From the NCBI RefSeq assembly GCF_014635985.1, contig NZ_BMDT01000001.1, positions 157,293-221,292 of the forward strand: a DNA stretch of 64,000 bases, written 5' to 3'. Below are positions 9,451-19,174 of the stretch, in pieces (the first letter of the stretch is position 1; each line of letters starts with the position of its first letter). A program made the position numbers and the translations under genes. Below the pieces are notes generated by a model. That model ran no database searches. It saw only the letters and a program-made list of their open reading frames with translations, and was not told the DNA's origin. The DNA comes from Enterococcus alcedinis. GTDB lineage: Bacteria; Bacillota; Bacilli; Lactobacillales; Enterococcaceae.

Positions 9451-11562
9451 ATGCAAAAATTCAAAAAGATATTTTCTGAAGGTATGCCAGAGGAAAATCA
9501 CAAGAAAAATAAACAGAAGTCACACATTCCTTTTCGACTCAACCTTTTATTTTTCATAGTATTTGCTTTATTTGTCGCTTTGATTGTTCAATTAGGTTAT
9601 TTACAAATTATAAACGGTGAGAGTTTACAAGAACGAATAGAAGCTTCTTCTATCAGGAAAGTTGAAACAAGTACCCCACGAGGGATGATCTATGATGCTG
9701 AAGGAAAACCGCTTGTTCAAAATCATGCCAATCCAGCAATTACTTATACGAGAGGATTAAATGTAACGGCTGATGAACTATTAAAAGTTGCAGAAACACT
9801 CGTACCACTGATTGAGATTGAAATTGATGATAAATTAACCGAACGAGATTTAAAGGATACTTGGTTAGCGAATAAAGACAATTTAGAAGTCGCTCGTGAA
9901 AGACTACCAAAGAAAAATGTAGATAATGAATATCAAGCTTTAGTTGATGCGGTCACGTCAGAAGAGATTGTTTTTGATGAGGAGCAACTGAAAGTGGCAA
10001 CTGTCTTTAAACAGTTAAACAGTGCTCAGGAGTTGACTACGGTCTTTGTAAAAAATTCTAACGTCACAAATGAAGAATTGGCCATTGTGTCAGAACACAG
10101 CAAAGAGTTACCAGGTATCTCAACAGGCACGGATTGGTCGCGAGAGGTTCTTGCAGAAAATGACTCTCTTCGCAGCATAATCGGTAAAGTGTCGACAGAA
10201 AAACAAGGATTGCCAGCAGAATTAACGGATGAATATTTAGCGAAGGGTTATGCTCGTAATGATCGTGTTGGAACAAGCTTTTTAGAAAAACAATATGAAG
10301 AAGTTTTACAAGGAACAAAGTCTCAACGTGAAATCACGATTAATCATGAGGGGGAAATTCAAAGCCAAAAAGAAATTTTCTCGGGCGAAAAAGGCGACAA
10401 TCTTGTCTTGACGCTCAATTCAGAATTTCAAAGTAAAGTCGATAACATTTTGAGAACAAACTATCAGCAATTAGTTGATGCTAATTATGCGACTTATTCC
10501 CCAGGAGCTTATGTAGTCGTGTTAGATACGAATACTGGTGGGGTCTTGGCAATGTCAGGCTATTACCATGAGATTCATTCGAAAGAATTACAAGAAGATA
10601 CAATTGGTGTGTATAAGAAATCATTTGTTCCAGGGTCTGTTGTCAAGGCTGCGACTTTAACGGCTGGTTGGCAAAATGGTGTACTTTCTGGAAATGAAGT
10701 AATCTACGATCAACCGATTTATTTAGAAGGTTCGCAGATCAAAGCTTCGATCTTTAACCCAACCGGTAACAATAACCAAAATCTTTCTGCAAGACAGTCA
10801 CTGGAAGTTTCTTCCAACTCATATATGATTCAAATTGCCTTGAGATTACTCGGAATTCAATATCAAGGTAATAGGATTTCTGTTCCAAGTGTGCCAAATC
10901 AAGCCAAAGCCTATGAACAACTACGAAAAGCGATGGCTCAATATGGAATGGGAACGGAAACGGGTATTGATTTACCTGATGAAGAAACAGGTATCCAAAC
11001 ACCCGTTACATACTTGTCAGATGCGAATCGCGATGGAGGGAAAATCTTAGACTTATCCTTTGGTCAATTTGATACCTATACACCAATGCAATTAGCGCAA
11101 TATGTCGCAACGGTTGCCAATGATGGGGTTCGTTTACAACCTCACTTAGTTGAAGGAATCTACGGTAACAGCGAAGATGGTGGACTTGGTCAAGTCAAAC
11201 AAGTTATTGAGCCGAAAGTATTAAACGAAGTGGATCTTTCTGCAGAGGAGTTGGCGATTATCCAACAAGGATTTCGCGATGTTGTAACAGGTTCTCATCC
11301 CTATACAACAGGGACGCGTTTACGTAATAGTAAAATAGAAATTGCGGCTAAAACCGGTACAGCCGAAGTTCTTGTGGTTGATGAGGGACGTACAATTGAT
11401 GTCGAAAACTCCAATGTGGTGGCTTATGGCCCGGCGTCTGATCCTAAGGTAGCTGTTGCTGTCGTGATTCCTCAATTACAAGGATTGAATCGACCTGCGG
11501 CTCATTTAGAGATTACAAACCAAATTATGGATGCCTACTATGAGATGTTTATTAAGAAGTAA
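9451..11562 (+). CDS. Class B penicillin-binding protein (PBP2B/PBP2X-like transpeptidase).
   Basis: 703 aa. N-terminal TM anchor, dimerisation domain, then a transpeptidase domain with SVVK (SxxK) and SxN-like motifs and KTGTAE (KTG). Confidence 0.85.
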   Translation: MQKFKKIFSEGMPEENHKKNKQKSHIPFRLNLLFFIVFALFVALIVQLGYLQIINGESLQERIEASSIRKVETSTPRGMIYDAEGKPLVQNHANPAITYTRGLNVTADELLKVAETLVPLIEIEIDDKLTERDLKDTWLANKDNLEVARERLPKKNVDNEYQALVDAVTSEEIVFDEEQLKVATVFKQLNSAQELTTVFVKNSNVTNEELAIVSEHSKELPGISTGTDWSREVLAENDSLRSIIGKVSTEKQGLPAELTDEYLAKGYARNDRVGTSFLEKQYEEVLQGTKSQREITINHEGEIQSQKEIFSGEKGDNLVLTLNSEFQSKVDNILRTNYQQLVDANYATYSPGAYVVVLDTNTGGVLAMSGYYHEIHSKELQEDTIGVYKKSFVPGSVVKAATLTAGWQNGVLSGNEVIYDQPIYLEGSQIKASIFNPTGNNNQNLSARQSLEVSSNSYMIQIALRLLGIQYQGNRISVPSVPNQAKAYEQLRKAMAQYGMGTETGIDLPDEETGIQTPVTYLSDANRDGGKILDLSFGQFDTYTPMQLAQYVATVANDGVRLQPHLVEGIYGNSEDGGLGQVKQVIEPKVLNEVDLSAEELAIIQQGFRDVVTGSHPYTTGTRLRNSKIEIAAKTGTAEVLVVDEGRTIDVENSNVVAYGPASDPKVAVAVVIPQLQGLNRPAAHLEITNQIMDAYYEMFIKK

Positions 11563-11598
11563 TCAAGAAAAGTTTGTTTTACGAAAATAGGGGGAATA

Positions 11599-13488
11599 TT
11601 GTTGAAAGAATTAAAGGTTACGGAGTTATCAAAAACATATGGAGATAAAGATATTTTTAACGAGATTTCCTTTTTGATTCATACACACGATCGAATCGGA
11701 TTGATCGGTGTCAACGGTACAGGTAAGACGAGCTTACTCTCAATCCTTTCAGGAAAAGAAAAAGGCGATGGCGATCGTCAAAGTGTTTTCTATCCAAGGG
11801 ATTATCGCGTAGGTTACTTATCACAAGCAACCGATTTAGCGGAAGAATTAACGGTCTTAGAAGCAGTCTTTCAAGGTGAGAGCGAACAACTAAAAGCAGT
11901 CAAACGTTATGAGGCAGCTCTAATGATTTTGGAACAAGACGGAGAAAATATTGAGGCTCAAAAAGAATTTCAATTAGCACAAGATGCAATGACAGAAAAA
12001 GATGCTTGGATGACCGATACCAATGCAAAAATTATTTTACAGAAGTTAGGAATCCAAGAGTTAAATAAAAAAATTAAAGAATTGTCGGGTGGTCAAAAAA
12101 AACGCGTAGGGCTTGCGCAAGTTTTGATTGATGAACCAGATTTACTCTTATTAGATGAACCAACAAACCATCTAGATTATCAAACAATTGAATGGTTAGA
12201 AGACTACTTGAGGCAGTACCGTGGCTCTTTAGTGATGGTGACGCATGACCGTTACTTCCTTGATCGGGTGACGAATCGAATTTTTGAATTGTCATATGGC
12301 CAATTACACGAGTACAAAGGTAACTATGGGACTTATTTACTAGAAAAATCTGAACGTGATCGTGTAGAAGGCGAGCAAGAAGAAAAAAGAAAACAATTAT
12401 ACAAACAAGAATTATCCTGGATGCGTGCCGGAGCAAAGGCTCGAACGACGAAACAACAGGCGCGAATCAATCGATTTGAAGATTTAAAGGATAATTTGTA
12501 TCAAGTCAAACATTCAGAAGATATCGAAATTGACATTGCGACTCAACGCCTAGGTAAAAAAGTCTTCGAATTAAAAGATGCTAGTTACAAAATTGGCGGT
12601 AAAACTATTTTAGAACATTTTGATTTACTGATTCAATCGCGTGAACGTTTAGGAATCACAGGGGCGAACGGCGCAGGGAAATCGACCTTACTGAATCTCC
12701 TGGCAGGACGTCTAGAGTTAGACACAGGTATGTTATCTGTTGGCGAGACGGTTCGATTGGCTTATTATACGCAAGAAAATGAAGCAATGGATAATGATAA
12801 ACGTATGATTGCGTACTTACAAGAAGCGGCAGAAGCGGTGACCCGACAAGACGGAACCCAAATGAGTGTGGCAGAGTTATTGGAACGTTTCTTGTTCCCA
12901 CGACATGTCCATGGGACAAAATTGGGTAAACTATCAGGTGGAGAAAAACGTCGCTTGTATTTATTGAAATTACTCGTTGCCCAACCCAACGTTTTATTAC
13001 TAGATGAGCCAACAAATGATCTAGATATTGATACATTAACGATTCTAGAAGATTACTTGCAAAGTTTTCCTGGAGCAATTATCACTGTTTCTCATGATCG
13101 CTATTTCTTAGATAAAGTGGCTGAAAAACTATTAGTTTTTGAAGGCGATGCGCAAATCCAACCTTATTTCGGATCAATTAATGATTATTTATTGGAAGAT
13201 AGAATAACCGAAACTAGTCAGAGTGAACCGGTCAAAGTAGATGCAGACATCACACCGATTCAAAAAGAAAAGAAGAAATTGAGTTATATGGAACAAAGAG
13301 AATGGGAAACGATTGAAGATAAAATTGGTTCTTTGGAAGAGGCAATTGAACAATTGACCCAGGAAATGAATAATCAAGGATCAGATTTTACAAAATTGCA
13401 AAAAATTCAACAAGAAATTACAGAAAAAGAAACCATGTTGGAAGAGAAAATGAATCGTTGGGAATACTTAAGTGAGTGGGCCGACTAA
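11599..13488 (+). CDS. uup: ABC-F family ATPase of the Uup/YfmR type (translation factor class), with two ABC cassettes and a C-terminal coiled-coil.
   Basis: Two Walker A motifs (GVNGTGKT, GANGAGKS) and two signature motifs (LSGGQKKRV, LSGGEKRRL). Short inter-domain linker. The K/E-rich C-terminal tail is typical of Uup rather than antibiotic-resistance ABC-F proteins. TTG start with RBS GGGGGAA. Confidence 0.8.
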   Translation: MLKELKVTELSKTYGDKDIFNEISFLIHTHDRIGLIGVNGTGKTSLLSILSGKEKGDGDRQSVFYPRDYRVGYLSQATDLAEELTVLEAVFQGESEQLKAVKRYEAALMILEQDGENIEAQKEFQLAQDAMTEKDAWMTDTNAKIILQKLGIQELNKKIKELSGGQKKRVGLAQVLIDEPDLLLLDEPTNHLDYQTIEWLEDYLRQYRGSLVMVTHDRYFLDRVTNRIFELSYGQLHEYKGNYGTYLLEKSERDRVEGEQEEKRKQLYKQELSWMRAGAKARTTKQQARINRFEDLKDNLYQVKHSEDIEIDIATQRLGKKVFELKDASYKIGGKTILEHFDLLIQSRERLGITGANGAGKSTLLNLLAGRLELDTGMLSVGETVRLAYYTQENEAMDNDKRMIAYLQEAAEAVTRQDGTQMSVAELLERFLFPRHVHGTKLGKLSGGEKRRLYLLKLLVAQPNVLLLDEPTNDLDIDTLTILEDYLQSFPGAIITVSHDRYFLDKVAEKLLVFEGDAQIQPYFGSINDYLLEDRITETSQSEPVKVDADITPIQKEKKKLSYMEQREWETIEDKIGSLEEAIEQLTQEMNNQGSDFTKLQKIQQEITEKETMLEEKMNRWEYLSEWAD

Positions 13489-13503
13489 AGAAGGGTGAAA
13501 AAG

Positions 13504-14451
13504 ATGGAACAAGCTTATTTATCATTAGGTCAAAAGATTTTATCGGAAGGCAATTTCAAAGAAGACCGTACAGGAACAGGAACTAAGAGTTTGTTTGGTT
13601 ACCAAATGCGCTTTAATTTACAAGAAGGTTTCCCTTTATTAACGACGAAAAGAGTCCCTTTTGGTCTAATTAAGAGTGAATTATTGTGGTTCATAAAAGG
13701 TGACACAAATATTCGTTACCTTTTACAAAATAACAACCATATCTGGGATGAGTGGGCATTTGAACGCTATGTGAAAAGTTCGGATTATCAAGGACCAGAT
13801 ATGACTAATTTTGGGCAACGAGCACTGATTGATGCAGATTTTAATGAAAGTTACCAAAAAGAGCTAGCGAATTTTTGTCAATTGATTTTGACGGATGAAA
13901 TTTTTGCACAAAAACATGGTGATTTAGGAAAAGTTTATGGTTATCAGTGGCGTCACTGGGAGACTGCTAAAGGCGAGTGGATTGATCAACTAACAGACGT
14001 CATTGAAATGATTAAAACAAATCCTGATTCTCGTCGTTTAATTGTTTCAGCTTGGAACCCAGAAGATGTGCCGAGTATGGCACTGCCACCGTGTCACACA
14101 ATGTTCCAGTTTTATGTGCATGATGGAAGACTCAGTTGCCAACTTTATCAACGTAGTGCAGATGTTTTCCTAGGTGTGCCGTTTAATATTGCAAGTTATG
14201 CGTTATTGACACACTTAATTGCGCATGAAACCAACTTAGAAGTGGGTGAATTCGTTCATACGCTAGGAGATGCCCATTTATATATGAATCATCTAGAGCA
14301 AATGCAAGAACAGTTAACACGTGAGATTCGTCAAGCGCCTAAACTCGTTTTGAACAGTAAGAAGCAATCTGTTTTTGATTTTGAGATGGATGATATTCAG
14401 TTAGAAGGGTATGAACCGCACCCGGCGATTAAGGCACCGATTGCGGTTTAA
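13504..14451 (+). CDS. thyA: Thymidylate synthase.
   Basis: Motifs R.G.GT and SAWNP…PPCH. Start preferred at MEQAYL (13504); the track starts at 13495. Confidence 0.9.
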   Translation: MEQAYLSLGQKILSEGNFKEDRTGTGTKSLFGYQMRFNLQEGFPLLTTKRVPFGLIKSELLWFIKGDTNIRYLLQNNNHIWDEWAFERYVKSSDYQGPDMTNFGQRALIDADFNESYQKELANFCQLILTDEIFAQKHGDLGKVYGYQWRHWETAKGEWIDQLTDVIEMIKTNPDSRRLIVSAWNPEDVPSMALPPCHTMFQFYVHDGRLSCQLYQRSADVFLGVPFNIASYALLTHLIAHETNLEVGEFVHTLGDAHLYMNHLEQMQEQLTREIRQAPKLVLNSKKQSVFDFEMDDIQLEGYEPHPAIKAPIAV

Positions 14452-14467
14452 TAAGGAGGAGTCATTA

Positions 14468-14956
14468 ATGTTAGCAGCAGTTTGGGCACAAGATCAAAAC
14501 GGTCTAATTGGTAAAAATCAAACATTACCATGGCACTTACCGAATGATTTGAAATATTTTAAAAAAATGACTGTAGGTAAAACAATTGTTATGGGGCGTA
14601 AGACGTTTGAAGGAATGGGGAGTCGCCCATTACCAAATCGTCAAACGATTATTTTAACACGCAATGTGAATTATCATCATCCAGGTGTAAAAGTTATGCA
14701 CTCGGTAGAAGAAATTTTAGCGCTGTCTAAACAACAAGAAGAACCACTGATGATTGTTGGTGGTTCAACGGTTTATTCCGATTTCTTACCTTATGTTGAT
14801 TGCCTGTATCGAACGGTGATCGAGGAAACGTTTGAAGGAGATGCCTATTTTCCAACTATTAACTGGGACGATTGGCAGTTGGTGGAGCGAACGGATGGCT
14901 TAGTTGATGAAAAAAACAAATACGCCCATCGCTTTGAAACGTATGAGCGCAAATAG
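14468..14956 (+). CDS. folA: Dihydrofolate reductase.
   Basis: MLAAVWAQDQNGLIGKNQTLPWHLPNDLKYFKKMT… is the canonical DHFR N-terminus. RBS GGAGGAG. Lies immediately downstream of thyA. Confidence 0.9.
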   Translation: MLAAVWAQDQNGLIGKNQTLPWHLPNDLKYFKKMTVGKTIVMGRKTFEGMGSRPLPNRQTIILTRNVNYHHPGVKVMHSVEEILALSKQQEEPLMIVGGSTVYSDFLPYVDCLYRTVIEETFEGDAYFPTINWDDWQLVERTDGLVDEKNKYAHRFETYERK

Positions 14957-14959
14957 TGG

Positions 14960-15003
14960 AAAAGGAACTAGTACAATTTTTGTTTTGTACTAGTTCCTTT
15001 TTC
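14960..15003. terminator. Bidirectional rho-independent terminator after folA; also the left boundary of the AT-rich cassette.
   Basis: aaaggaactagtacaa…ttgtactagttccttt stem (16 bp) with flanking T-runs. Confidence 0.7.
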
Positions 15004-15015
15004 ATTATTAAGTAT

Positions 15016-15966
15016 TCATTCAGTTTTTTTTGTTTTGTTATCAGAATATTTTTTTGTAAAATAAACAGGTCTATTCTTTACTTCTTTAAAAATTTTACCT
15101 ACATATTCACCAATAATACTTAAAAATAGAAATTGAAAACCACTTGATAGCAATATTAAAATAACAATAGTTGGGTAGCCCTGTACATCATTTCCCCAAA
15201 AAAGAGCTGATATAAAAGTATACAGCATATAGGAGAAGCCAATAAAAGACAATATAAATCCAGTGTAGAAAGAAAATCTTAATGGGATATTCGAGTTGGA
15301 AATAATACCATCTACGGCTAAGGTTACAAGATTTTTAAGACGCCATTTTGTTTCTCCGGCGAACCTTTCATTAGCTTCGAATTCGATTTCTTTTTTGTCA
15401 AAACCTATCCACATGTATAATCCTTTTGTGTAACGTTGAGATTCTCTGATGCGTACAATGCTGTCAACACATACGCGATCCAATAGTCTAAAATCACCAA
15501 CGTTAGGTAAAACGGGTTCCTCAGAAAGCATTCCGAGAATACGATAATAGATATTTGAAATCTTTTTTTTGATAAAACCTTCTCCGTGTCGTGTAACCCG
15601 CTTTCCATAAACATCATGGAAGCCATTTTCCCATTCATGAATCATTTTGGGGATTACTTCAGGAGGATGTTGTAAGTCGGAATCCATAATAATTACAGCA
15701 TCTCCTTTTGCGTAATCCATCCCAGCTAGCATCGCGATTTCTTTTCCATAGTTTCTGGACAAATCTACATATTTTACTCGAGTATCAAGAAGTTGTAGTT
15801 TAATAACCTCCTCAAGGGAGTAATCTGTACTACCATCATTTATGAAGAGAAATTCAAATGTATATTTACTATCTAGTGATTTAATTACATCATTCACCTG
15901 ATCGTAAAAATGAGGGATATTTTCTTGTTCATTATACATGGGTGTAAGTATTGTAATTTTTTTCAT
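15016..15966 (-). CDS. Family-2 glycosyltransferase (GtrB/CsbB/DPM1-like); predicted polyprenol-phosphate sugar synthase.
   Basis: 316 aa. N-terminal GT-A fold (ILTPMYNEQENI, DGSTD, DxD-like DSD) plus two C-terminal TM helices, as in GtrB/CsbB. Confidence 0.8.
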   Translation of the reverse strand: MKKITILTPMYNEQENIPHFYDQVNDVIKSLDSKYTFEFLFINDGSTDYSLEEVIKLQLLDTRVKYVDLSRNYGKEIAMLAGMDYAKGDAVIIMDSDLQHPPEVIPKMIHEWENGFHDVYGKRVTRHGEGFIKKKISNIYYRILGMLSEEPVLPNVGDFRLLDRVCVDSIVRIRESQRYTKGLYMWIGFDKKEIEFEANERFAGETKWRLKNLVTLAVDGIISNSNIPLRFSFYTGFILSFIGFSYMLYTFISALFWGNDVQGYPTIVILILLSSGFQFLFLSIIGEYVGKIFKEVKNRPVYFTKKYSDNKTKKTE

Positions 15967-15984
15967 AAAAAAACTCCTAATTAT

Positions 15985-17403
15985 TTATCTTTTTAATCGA
16001 GAACTTGCTTTATATTCAGTAATGTTAAATTTAACTTCTTTTGGGATGTTATGGTACATTTTTTGTCTATTACTTTGTACGCTACCGTCAAGAGGGGTCA
16101 GATCATGTCCTAAAAATTCATACGGCAATCTTTCGAAAACAACTTCAGTCATACCGTTAGAGACATCGTTTTTTAATGCAGTGATTCTTTTATTTTCTGC
16201 TATTTTATTTGTTAAGTGCAGACTGATAAAAACAATAGATAAAGTGATTGTTAATAGACTAATAATTTTACTTGAAGGCATAGGGATACGGGCACTACTT
16301 AATAATTCAAAGAGACAGAGAACGAGTAATACATAAGAGGTCAAAATATTTCTGGGTCCAAATGGAGTTAAAACTAAAAAAGGACCAAGTAAAATAACTG
16401 CTGAAAATAAATAAAAATAGAAAATAGACTTACTCTTGCTGGTTATTTCGGAAGATTTAAAAACAGTGAAAATAAGTGTAAACAAAAATACGAGGATAAA
16501 AATAAGTTCTACAGCTAAGGTTAAGATACTCTGAGTAGGATAAGAAATATTAAAGAGATATCTTATTGCGAAATAAGTTGCAATAGGAATAGGTAAGAAA
16601 GCGAGAAATCCTTTTTTATTATTCAAGAAGTAAATTACTATCGAAAATGCGACAAGTAGTAAAGCATTTTCTTTAACAAATAACTCAGACCAGGATGTTA
16701 ATAAAGTGCTTGTAAAATTATTGATATTAACATTTGAGATTCCTCTCATATTGTCTTGTGCATGGTAAGCTGTATTCATAAACATGAGTATAAGACCTAA
16801 TCCAGATCCAACTAACCATGCAAGACAGCTAATAATCTTTTCTTTATTTCTAAGAGCAATGATTAAACCAATGGCTGCAAGTAGGACGTTAGCAATAGAG
16901 ACATTTTCAACAAAAAACTGGCTAACAAAAGCTGAAATAGAAATTAGTATAGTAGAAGTAAGATTGGATTCACATTTTATTACTAAATAAAAAACTAATA
17001 AAATGAAAAACGTTGATACATTATAGTTTGCAAACCCTGCAAGCCAACCAAATGTTTGTTTATAAATATCAATGGGTATTAAGAGAAGTGCCAGGAAGTA
17101 ATATCTAGGTAAGAATTTTTTATCAAGTAATTTATAACTCAAAAAAATTATTCCAGTGTTAATCCCTGCATAGAAGAATAAACGAAGGAACATATTTCTT
17201 GTTATTATCATTTCTATTATATTGCCTATATATCTACCATTGTAATTGTCGAAACCTGTTTGTAACCGCTGAATACCTATCTCTCCTCCCCAGGCCCAAT
17301 CATCTCCTGAGTGGATAAGAAGACGTCCGATGATGAGATATACGGAAAAAATTAAGAGTAATTCAATTACTAAATTAAGTGATTTATTATTATTTTTGAT
17401 CAT
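15985..17403 (-). CDS. Polytopic membrane protein; putative GT-C-type glycosyltransferase partner of the adjacent GT2.
   Basis: More than 10 predicted TM helices. An acidic motif HSGDDWAWGG sits in the first extracytoplasmic loop after TM1, resembling the catalytic D-motif of GT-C enzymes. Start preferred at MIKNNNKS (17403, RBS GGAG); the track starts at 17466. The family assignment is an inference. Confidence 0.5.
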   Translation of the reverse strand: MIKNNNKSLNLVIELLLIFSVYLIIGRLLIHSGDDWAWGGEIGIQRLQTGFDNYNGRYIGNIIEMIITRNMFLRLFFYAGINTGIIFLSYKLLDKKFLPRYYFLALLLIPIDIYKQTFGWLAGFANYNVSTFFILLVFYLVIKCESNLTSTILISISAFVSQFFVENVSIANVLLAAIGLIIALRNKEKIISCLAWLVGSGLGLILMFMNTAYHAQDNMRGISNVNINNFTSTLLTSWSELFVKENALLLVAFSIVIYFLNNKKGFLAFLPIPIATYFAIRYLFNISYPTQSILTLAVELIFILVFLFTLIFTVFKSSEITSKSKSIFYFYLFSAVILLGPFLVLTPFGPRNILTSYVLLVLCLFELLSSARIPMPSSKIISLLTITLSIVFISLHLTNKIAENKRITALKNDVSNGMTEVVFERLPYEFLGHDLTPLDGSVQSNRQKMYHNIPKEVKFNITEYKASSRLKR

Positions 17404-17525
17404 TGTACAGCTCCATTCAGTTAAAGTTTTTGACTTTATTGTAACATTTTTCTCTATAGGTGTCATTAAACTATTAAAACAATGAGATCAATACAATAAA
17501 AGGGGACTTGTAAAGAAGTGAAAAA

Positions 17526-18077
17526 ATGTTTAAACTAGTATTAGTTTTAGGAAAAATAGAAAGTAGTGAAGTTATGTTTGCTTTAAAAAACTCTAAATAC
17601 TATGAAATCGTGAGTTATTTGTTAATTGGGGTTCTAACGACTGTTGTTTATTTTATTGTAAGATTTTCAGTTTTTTCTTTGACTGAAGCAGGGATTATTT
17701 CCGTTATTGTAGCGCAAATTGCAGCGATTCTCTTTGCATTTGTTACCAATAAGGTGATTGTTTTTAAAAATAAGGCTCAATCTATACGAGAATTTTTTGT
17801 TCAATTTGTGACTTTTTGCTTGGCTCGAGGATTCGTTTTTATGTTAGATATTGGGATTACGTTAGTAACAGTAGAATTATACAGTGACTTTTTTATAACT
17901 ATACTGAGGTTAAATGAAATCAATTTTGGGAAAGGTCTGTTTTCTTGGTCAGTATTATCTAATTATATCGGTAATGCTGTAAATTTAAATGCTTTTATTT
18001 TTGCACTGATAACTCAAGTGTTGGCGATAATTATTAATTATATACTAAGTAAATACTTTGTTTTTAAAAAAAAGTAG
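17526..18077 (+). CDS. GtrA-family membrane protein (putative flippase), divergent from the GT-C gene.
   Basis: Motif FVTNKVIVFKNK and four or more TM helices. 183 aa (167 aa if translation starts at M17), longer than a typical GtrA. Confidence 0.6.
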   Translation: MFKLVLVLGKIESSEVMFALKNSKYYEIVSYLLIGVLTTVVYFIVRFSVFSLTEAGIISVIVAQIAAILFAFVTNKVIVFKNKAQSIREFFVQFVTFCLARGFVFMLDIGITLVTVELYSDFFITILRLNEINFGKGLFSWSVLSNYIGNAVNLNAFIFALITQVLAIIINYILSKYFVFKKK

Positions 18078-18137
18078 TACATTATGCAGGGGTAATACAT
18101 AAAAATCATATTGGAAATAGTCTTGTTGATAATAAAA

Positions 18138-18186
18138 AGTCGGTAGTCTACAATTTCTTTCGAAAGGTAGACTACCGATTTTTTGT
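18138..18186 (+). terminator. Rho-independent terminator after the GtrA-like gene.
   Basis: agtcggtagtctac…gtagactaccgatt stem followed by TTTTT. Confidence 0.7.
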
Positions 18187-18396
18187 ATTGATTTCTTTCT
18201 ACAATACCAATTGTTGATTGATTAATACTGTAATTACGATAGTAGTTTTTTTATGAACTGATTAACTTCACGTGACACAAGTTGATTGAAATTCAAATAA
18301 GATTTGATTTATATATCCAAAAAATAATCTATGAAATCTCTTCTAAAAATAGTGAGCTTATCGGGAATAATAAGTCTCTGTCCAGGTGCTTTTTTA

Positions 18397-19050
18397 CTAT
18401 GTATAAAACAAGATAGAAAAATAAATTAAGCCGGCACCAAGCATCACGAAAAGATGCCAAACGACGTGCATATATGGTACTTTTTTTAGCCCATAAAATA
18501 ACGCACCGACAGTGTATGCAACCCCTCCGCTTGCGAGTAGGAAAGTCCCCCAAAACCCAAGGGCTTGCGTTAACGGGTAAAATGTCAGTAGGCAAAGCCA
18601 ACCCATAACAATATAGATGCGAGTTGAGATTTTGTCGCCTTCTTTTTTCCGGTGTAAAGTTAATGATTTATAGATAACCCCACCGACTGCTAGCGTCCAA
18701 ATCAAGCCGAAAAGTGTCCAACCAACCCAGCCTCGCAGACTAATAAAACAAAAAGGTGTATAGCTACCTGCAATGAGTAAGAAAATCGAACTATGATCAA
18801 AAACTTGGAATACTTTTTTAGCTTTAGTAAACATCAGGCTATGAAAAAGTGTCGAGAATAAAAAAAGTAAGATCATCGTTGAACCGTAAATTGCATAGGA
18901 AACAATATGCATCGGATCACCTAAGCGTGCGCCTTTAACAAGTAAAATAACTAGTCCTGCAATACTCAAACCAAAAGCGATACCGTGTGTAACGGCATTT
19001 AAGACCTCATTAATAATTAAGTAGCTTCGATTTGTTTTCATAAATTCCAT
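18397..19050 (-). CDS. Hemolysin-III/PAQR family membrane protein.
   Basis: 217 aa with 7 TM helices. N-terminal motif …INEVLNAVTHGIAF and conserved His residues. RBS GAGGTGG. Confidence 0.85.
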   Translation of the reverse strand: MEFMKTNRSYLIINEVLNAVTHGIAFGLSIAGLVILLVKGARLGDPMHIVSYAIYGSTMILLFLFSTLFHSLMFTKAKKVFQVFDHSSIFLLIAGSYTPFCFISLRGWVGWTLFGLIWTLAVGGVIYKSLTLHRKKEGDKISTRIYIVMGWLCLLTFYPLTQALGFWGTFLLASGGVAYTVGALFYGLKKVPYMHVVWHLFVMLGAGLIYFSILFYT

Positions 19051-19174
19051 AAAACCACCTCAACTTAGATTAATTGATGAAAAATTGAATATTTTTTGTT
19101 ATACTAATGAATAGAATATCCAAATCTATTTTAACACGAATCTAAACTGTTTTAAAAGAAAGAGTGAATAAAGA

